A stretch of 64,000 nucleotides of DNA, taken from an uncultured Spirochaetota bacterium (GTDB taxonomy: Bacteria; Spirochaetota; Brevinematia; Brevinematales; JAOACQ01). A model generated the notes under the pieces. The model searched no databases and had not been told where the DNA came from. It worked only from the letters and a program-made list of their open reading frames with translations. Within the stretch, counting starts at the first letter, position 1; every line of letters begins with the position of its first letter. Positions 58,819 to 64,000 of the stretch are shown here, piece by piece. The position numbers were made by a program, and so were the translations under genes. The stretch spans positions 1,696,001-1,760,000 of the forward strand of contig CAVYGN010000001.1 in NCBI GenBank assembly GCA_963768055.1. The letters are read 5' to 3'.

Positions 58819-58974
58819 TTAAGAAACTTCTTCAATATGAGCCTGTATAAATTTTTCAAATTCGTCCCTTTTCATTTTATCCTTATAGAATTCCCACATA
58901 GCGTCAATCGCTTCTTCTTTTGACGCAAATTTTATTCCTTTCATTGCGCTATCAAGAGTAATTTTAAAAGGCAT
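58819..58974 (-). CDS. Small 51-aa protein MPFKITLDSAMKGIKFASKEEAIDAMWEFYKDKMKRDEFEKFIQAHIEEVS (not in ORF track)
   Basis: AGGAGG RBS 5 nt before ATG. Stop is 11 nt before the next start. Fills the nadA-phosphoesterase gap. Confidence 0.75.
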   Translation of the reverse strand: MPFKITLDSAMKGIKFASKEEAIDAMWEFYKDKMKRDEFEKFIQAHIEEVS

Positions 58975-59021
58975 GGCATCCTCCTGAATGATATTATAAA
59001 TCCTCTTGTCTTTTATTGCAT

Positions 59022-59939
59022 TTATTGCATCAAATCCAGCATTTTTTCTATCGCCCGGAGCGACTTCCCGGCTATAGCGGGATCGACCTCAATTTTATAA
59101 TCCAGAGTCCTGAGGCCGGCAAGCAGTTTTTGAGAGTTTATCCTCTTCATATTCCTGCATTCCATGCGTTTCAGAGGTTCTATAAAATTCCTTTCAAACC
59201 TTTTCCTCAAAGCGTAATTGATCCCCCATTCGGTAACAACGATATAATCCTCGATTTCAGGATGCTTTTCTACATAATCGAACATCCGGCCGGTACTGAG
59301 GATAGCATCGGCCAGGCCTCTTATCTCTGCCGGGCATTCGGGATGAACAAGCACAGCCGCTCCGGGGTTCATCTTCATAGTCTTTATAACGGAGTCAGGG
59401 TCGGCCTTTTCATGCACTACGCAGTATCCCGGCCAGAGGACTATCTCTTTTTCCTTTACTATTTCCTTTACGTAAGATCCCAGGTTCCTGTCGGGCAAAA
59501 ATACTATTTTTTTTTGCGGGAGTTTCCTTACTATTTCCACAGCGTTAGCTGAGGTACAGCAGACATCCGCTAGAGCCTTGACCTCTGCCGTCGTATTCAC
59601 ATATGCTACAAATGCATGGTCGGGGTACCGCTTTCTCCATTCAAGGACCATTTTTTTATCGGCGAACCCCGCAAGGGGACAGAGAGCTTCTTTATCCGGT
59701 ATGATAACGGTCCTGCCGGGATTTAAAACCGCGGCAGTTTCAGCCATAAAATAAACCCCGCACATTACTATAATATCGCCAGGCATATGTCTTGCCTGCC
59801 TTGCCAGACCCAGTGAATCGCCGACGTAATCGGCGGCCTCCTGGATTTCCGGCAATTGATAGTTATGTGCGAGAATAACCGCGTTCTTTTCTTTTTTTAA
59901 CTTTTGTATCTCTTCTAATATTTCCCGATCTATCTGCAA
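59022..59939 (-). CDS. nadA: Quinolinate synthase
   Basis: ILAHNYQ, GDSL, CGVYFMAE, YVNT, CCTSANA, C.VH, HPEC, C..MK. Likely TTG start at 59939. Confidence 0.96.
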   Translation of the reverse strand: MQIDREILEEIQKLKKEKNAVILAHNYQLPEIQEAADYVGDSLGLARQARHMPGDIIVMCGVYFMAETAAVLNPGRTVIIPDKEALCPLAGFADKKMVLEWRKRYPDHAFVAYVNTTAEVKALADVCCTSANAVEIVRKLPQKKIVFLPDRNLGSYVKEIVKEKEIVLWPGYCVVHEKADPDSVIKTMKMNPGAAVLVHPECPAEIRGLADAILSTGRMFDYVEKHPEIEDYIVVTEWGINYALRKRFERNFIEPLKRMECRNMKRINSQKLLAGLRTLDYKIEVDPAIAGKSLRAIEKMLDLMQ

Positions 59940-60177
59940 AGTAAATCCCTTGATTCCAAATATAAATAAGCATATTATTATAGATTTTATCATAAAAGTC
60001 AAGAAGGGAATTGTATAGAAAGGGCCCCTTCAGACGTGCCCCTGATAGAACATTAAACTTGAGATAAACGAATTCAGCACTTCCCTGCGAAAAACGGCCC
60101 CGCACCCTACAGATTTACAGAATTCTTCCGAATTAATATAATGGCTTAATCTCTGATATAGTAAAGGGATCATGGTT

Positions 60178-60588
60178 ATGAAATATATCGTTCTCCTTCT
60201 CTTCAACGCTGTAAGTTTTTATATAATGGCCGTGTTCATATTCGGCAGCGGCGGGATCAGGCAAAATCTGCAAAAACTCGAACAGATCAACCGTCTCGAG
60301 GAACAGAGGGCAAAAACCGAACTTCAGGTAGAGGAACTAAAAACAAAGCTCAATTACCTGAAATCGCAAACTGTTCCCGACGCAAGTTCATTGGCCAAGC
60401 AGGGTAAGAAATCTGAAAATACTGTAATCTTCAAATATCTGGAAAAGCAGGAACAATCCGATACTTCGTTTAAAAAAACCGGGATTTTCACATATTACAG
60501 GATCTATTTTATCGCGGCATTTTTAGTTTTTTTTATCCTGCTCGGCGATATGCTGATATGTCTGAATTTGGCCGGGGGGACAGCTTAG
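60178..60588 (+). CDS. FtsB/DivIC-like septum formation protein with an extra C-terminal TM
   Basis: N-terminal TM ending FGSGG, coiled coil, G...E..VIF.Y, then a second hydrophobic segment. Confidence 0.5.
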   Translation: MKYIVLLLFNAVSFYIMAVFIFGSGGIRQNLQKLEQINRLEEQRAKTELQVEELKTKLNYLKSQTVPDASSLAKQGKKSENTVIFKYLEKQEQSDTSFKKTGIFTYYRIYFIAAFLVFFILLGDMLICLNLAGGTA

Positions 60589-61107
60589 ATGAATATCTAT
60601 CTGATCGGATACCGGGGCAGCGGTAAGACGACCCTTGGAAGAATAATATCGAAGTCCCTCAATTTTTCATTCGCGGAAATAGATGAAATGATAGTTCTGG
60701 AGGAAAAGAGGTCTATCCCGGAAATATTCTCGACTTCCGGGGAGGCGTATTTCAGGGAAAAAGAATCCGGGGTTCTTGAAAGAGCGGCCTCTCTTAACAG
60801 AACTGTCGTTTCGACAGGCGGCGGCATTATTCTGAGCCGGAAAAACCGGGAACTGATGAAAAAAACCGGCTTCTGCGTTTACCTTAAAGCAGGAACTGAT
60901 GTACTTCTCGCCAGGATCGAAGGCGACCATAACCGCCCGCCCCTGACCGCCCTGCCTCTTTCAAAGGAAATCGAGTATATATTAAAAATAAGGACGCCCC
61001 TCTATGAAGAAACAGCAGATGCGACGGTGGATACAGGGTTACTAGCCGTTGAAAAATGTTCTGAAATAATAATAAACGCTTTCCTGAAAAGGGGTGATAA
61101 AAAATGA
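60589..61107 (+). CDS. aroK: Shikimate kinase
   Basis: GYRGSGKTT, IF...GE..FR..E, STGGG, RP.L, R.PLY. Confidence 0.95.
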   Translation: MNIYLIGYRGSGKTTLGRIISKSLNFSFAEIDEMIVLEEKRSIPEIFSTSGEAYFREKESGVLERAASLNRTVVSTGGGIILSRKNRELMKKTGFCVYLKAGTDVLLARIEGDHNRPPLTALPLSKEIEYILKIRTPLYEETADATVDTGLLAVEKCSEIIINAFLKRGDKK

Positions 61108-62123
61108 AGAGGTTTTATTCTTTCATAAAGTTATTGCTTTTAATCGCGGTCATTGTCCTGGCGATCTCGATCATGTTTTACGAATCGACGAAAGACGATC
61201 TGATAAATTACGACCGGTATGACGGGCTTACAAATCTTGTAAACTCATATGATTCCGCAAAAGCGTTTATATTATATGACCCCTATACCCGCGAGGCAGG
61301 GATAAAAATCGAAAATTTCCGTAACGATTTTACCGGCGTCTTCAAATCAGCCTTTACAAATATGTCCAATATGATCAGGAACAGGGGTTTTTACGACAGC
61401 ATTTATTTGTATATCTTAACTAAAAAGATGACCGGCATGGACGGGCTTGTGGATCGTTACTTAACGGGAATGACATCTTTCAAGGATTTTATCATCATCG
61501 ACTCGAAAAATAATATCCTCTACAAGTTTTCAAGCAACAACATCATACCCGCCTACCGCGATTACCATAGCCTGGTGAACATCTATTATACAAATGATTA
61601 TTTAGTAATAAGCGTTAAATACGATAATCCGCTCGACCTCGACATAGAGACGGCTGCGGTTTTCGATACCGGCATTATCATAAAAAAAATTAAAGAAACC
61701 GATTATAACGCCTTCTTTTTAATTGAAGGAAAAATTTATAAAAACTCCGATTTTAACATAGATTTCATTAAGGAGTCTTTAAAAGACATAAAAGCGGGTA
61801 AAAAATTCACATACGGGAATAAGATCATAGAGACCTTTCCGATCAGTATAAGCGGGCTCTCCATCGGGACCCTCGGGGTGATATATCCCAGCAGAGGCAT
61901 TGAAGAGGTATTCCTGCTTGTTTTGAAAATACTGGCTCTTTTGATCATAATCTTCGTCCTTCTTGCCGTCGACCGTTTGATCACAAACTCGATTAAAAGG
62001 AAGAAGAGCAAGGTAAGGCAGGTAAAGAAAAAAGAAGCCGAAGCTATAGAGAACGAGGAGAATGAAAAGAACCTTGACTGGCTTGAAAACTATATAAAGT
62101 CAGAGGAAAAAGATGAGAAGTAG
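61104..62123 (+). CDS. Hypothetical two-TM membrane protein with a periplasmic (Cache-like?) domain
   Basis: N-terminal TM, about 240 aa extracytoplasmic region, second TM, short charged tail. Confidence 0.65.
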   Translation: MKRFYSFIKLLLLIAVIVLAISIMFYESTKDDLINYDRYDGLTNLVNSYDSAKAFILYDPYTREAGIKIENFRNDFTGVFKSAFTNMSNMIRNRGFYDSIYLYILTKKMTGMDGLVDRYLTGMTSFKDFIIIDSKNNILYKFSSNNIIPAYRDYHSLVNIYYTNDYLVISVKYDNPLDLDIETAAVFDTGIIIKKIKETDYNAFFLIEGKIYKNSDFNIDFIKESLKDIKAGKKFTYGNKIIETFPISISGLSIGTLGVIYPSRGIEEVFLLVLKILALLIIIFVLLAVDRLITNSIKRKKSKVRQVKKKEAEAIENEENEKNLDWLENYIKSEEKDEK

Positions 62124-62889
62124 TTTAATCCTCTTTTTTTGCTTTTCATGGTCTCTTTTTTTCGGCGTTGACTGGTCCCAGAACAATGTCATTAAATTCA
62201 CCCCGGACAATCTCAGTAATTATGAGGGGCTTGAAGATTATAATAACATCGGAACCAGCAACGGATACTTTACCCCTTTGTCCGATACTAACAGCTGGAT
62301 CTTAACATCCGGGATCCCGCTGGAAGAAAATTACGTATTCTCAAGCGCTTTTGTGAACCTGGCAAGGGCCGATGAAAGCGGTGTAACGACAAATTCATAT
62401 GTTACTCTTAAGATTTTTGATAACGCCGACGGTGAAACCATCAGCAAACAGGTATTTTATAAGAGCGGTGCTTTTGAATTGAACAATATATTCCTGAAAA
62501 ATGTTGTCATTTATCTTGAAATTACAGGAAGCGATATACAATTATTTTCTTTCGGAATGACCAGAAAAGAACTTTCATTAATTAATACTAACGAATTCGA
62601 GATATCCCCCTCGATCCTCTTCAGCGGCGAAAACACCCTCGATATCAGCTTCAGTATAAATTATCCGGCCTATACCGACATACTCATCTTCAATAAATTC
62701 GGTAAAATAGTCGATTCGGTCTGCAAAAAAAGGTTTTTTAATGAAGGCACGAATTCCGTTATATGGGACCCCGAAAACAGTCCGGTCAGCGACCTTGTTT
62801 CAGGGGGTTATTTCATTTATTTTAAAGCATTATCACTGAATGGCAAATCCGCTGAGGCCGTAAAAGACCTTATCTTCGTCAAGAATTAA
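62113..62889 (+). CDS. Exported protein with a C-terminal FlgD-Ig-like domain
   Basis: Signal peptide. ISFS..ILIFNKFGKIV..G.NSVIWD..SGGYF. Confidence 0.6.
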   Translation: MRSSLILFFCFSWSLFFGVDWSQNNVIKFTPDNLSNYEGLEDYNNIGTSNGYFTPLSDTNSWILTSGIPLEENYVFSSAFVNLARADESGVTTNSYVTLKIFDNADGETISKQVFYKSGAFELNNIFLKNVVIYLEITGSDIQLFSFGMTRKELSLINTNEFEISPSILFSGENTLDISFSINYPAYTDILIFNKFGKIVDSVCKKRFFNEGTNSVIWDPENSPVSDLVSGGYFIYFKALSLNGKSAEAVKDLIFVKN

Positions 62890-62902
62890 GTGTCAAAGAG
62901 CC

Positions 62903-62935
62903 TTTATTGACATCAATAAAAAAATATGCTATAAA
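62903..62935 (+). promoter_or_regulatory. sigma70 promoter with an 8-2-8 palindrome over the -35
   Basis: TTGACA 62907-62912, 17 nt spacer, TATAAA preceded by TGc. Palindrome TTTATTGA-CA-TCAATAAA. Confidence 0.6.
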
Positions 62936-63008
62936 GATGTGCTTGTTTTTTAACCGGTAAAAACCCGGGGCTTTTTCATGATTTTGAAATAAATTTCAGG
63001 AGGGTATT

Positions 63009-63458
63009 ATGTTAAGAAGAATGTTATGCATGCTTGCAGTATTGGTTTTATCCCTTATTTCGTTAAATTCCTGTTCAAACAATCCCGGTTCAAATAACTC
63101 AAGTTCTAGTTCATCCACAACTCAGTTGGAGATTATTAATAATTCAGGTCTATGGCTGGGCTGTGTAGGATGGATCGATTCTGGCAGTAATGAGTGGTAT
63201 TTTGTACCCGATTATTATTCATCGGGCGGTTATACAACCGGTTTATTTAGCGGCGACTCTTATACTCAAAGTGTTAATACAGGTTCAAGCCCTGTATTTT
63301 TTAGCATAGGCACATCGTCCGTCAGGCATCATACAACCACTTACGTTAACGTTACAGCGGGCTCGTCTGTTACATTTACAATTGATAGTTTAACCACCTA
63401 TGTTTTATCGACAGTAAAAGAGGGACTTACGAATATTACCACCAATTCCTTTAAGTGA
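63009..63458 (+). CDS. Hypothetical Ser/Thr-rich lipoprotein
   Basis: GGAGG RBS. Lipobox SLNSC, poly-Ser linker, beta-rich domain. Confidence 0.75.
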   Translation: MLRRMLCMLAVLVLSLISLNSCSNNPGSNNSSSSSSTTQLEIINNSGLWLGCVGWIDSGSNEWYFVPDYYSSGGYTTGLFSGDSYTQSVNTGSSPVFFSIGTSSVRHHTTTYVNVTAGSSVTFTIDSLTTYVLSTVKEGLTNITTNSFK

Positions 63459-63594
63459 TTTTTTAAACAAACATCTGCCCGTCGCGGATAGTGTAAATTA
63501 TATCGATCTTTTGTCCTTATTTTTTTAAGCCGCCTTTCTTTCAATCCAAGATTAATATTGGCGCATCCGGCTATGATTAACGGGATAGGTATAA

Positions 63595-64000
63595 ATGAAG
63601 TATTATGAATTTTCAAAATTTGATAGAATTAAGATAAAAAAATCCATATATGAAAATATTTTTAATGATTTAAATCATGGGCTTTTTAATAACTTGCTTA
63701 AATATTCAACGGATCCCGATACTTACATGCGGAAAAACGCTTATCTTTGCATAGGAAAAATTTATATTGAAAATCCGGAGTTAAGAAATAAAATCCTTGA
63801 ATTTTTGACGAATAATATCGATAGCCCGGATGAAAAAGTAAGGCAGACAGTAGTGTATTCTTTGGCCGGGATCGGTTCGGCAGATTTTAATTCAATCACA
63901 GGCCTGCTGATAAAGTCAATGAGCGATCCCCACCATTCGGTCAGAAACGCGGTAATCGGGGTATTAAAACAATTATGCCTGAAAAATCCTGTTCAAACAA
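63595..64000 (+). CDS. HEAT-repeat protein (runs off the window end)
   Basis: MKYYEFSK..DPDTYMRKNAY..DEKVRQTVVYSL..DPHHSVRNAVIG. Frame is open to the end of the window. Confidence 0.8.
   Translation, partial: MKYYEFSKFDRIKIKKSIYENIFNDLNHGLFNNLLKYSTDPDTYMRKNAYLCIGKIYIENPELRNKILEFLTNNIDSPDEKVRQTVVYSLAGIGSADFNSITGLLIKSMSDPHHSVRNAVIGVLKQLCLKNPVQT

Noticed and set aside
59990..60130. 6S RNA or riboswitch upstream of nadA
   Set aside because: No recognisable conserved motif by eye; it looks more like degenerate REP sequence. An Rfam search would settle it.

Overview
Gene-dense bacterial chromosomal segment. It is probably from a spirochaete (inference from spirochaete-like lipoprotein signals and CsgG/PEGA-type surface proteins; not proven). 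I found no rRNA, tRNA, CRISPR array, transposase, integrase or reverse transcriptase. Housekeeping genes are hisD, asd, nadA, nadK, recN, aroK and a divergent ychF. Larger blocks are an envelope locus (PQQ-propeller/OmpA protein, pbpC, alpha-2-macroglobulin with intact CLEQ thioester, cstA), a beta-oxidation operon, and an esterase-glpK-G3P dehydrogenase operon. Most interesting: (1) a four-member modular family of exported CsgG/TolB-N-like + CBM4/9 proteins, three in a cluster bracketed by a duplicated consensus promoter; (2) an ECF sigma region-2 / TM / FecR fusion with no sigma region 4; (3) an unannotated Thr/Lys/Met-rich leader peptide and terminator upstream of asd; (4) a GH67-like cytoplasmic protein paired with a diacylglycerol kinase; (5) a small ORF, metallophosphoesterase and ParB/Srx-like gene between nadA and nadK-recN; (6) a Thr-Asn dipeptide bias in exported proteins. 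Several deletion or frameshift scars lie near 27 kb and at 39.5-43.7 kb. All product calls come from motif recognition by eye, without database searches.
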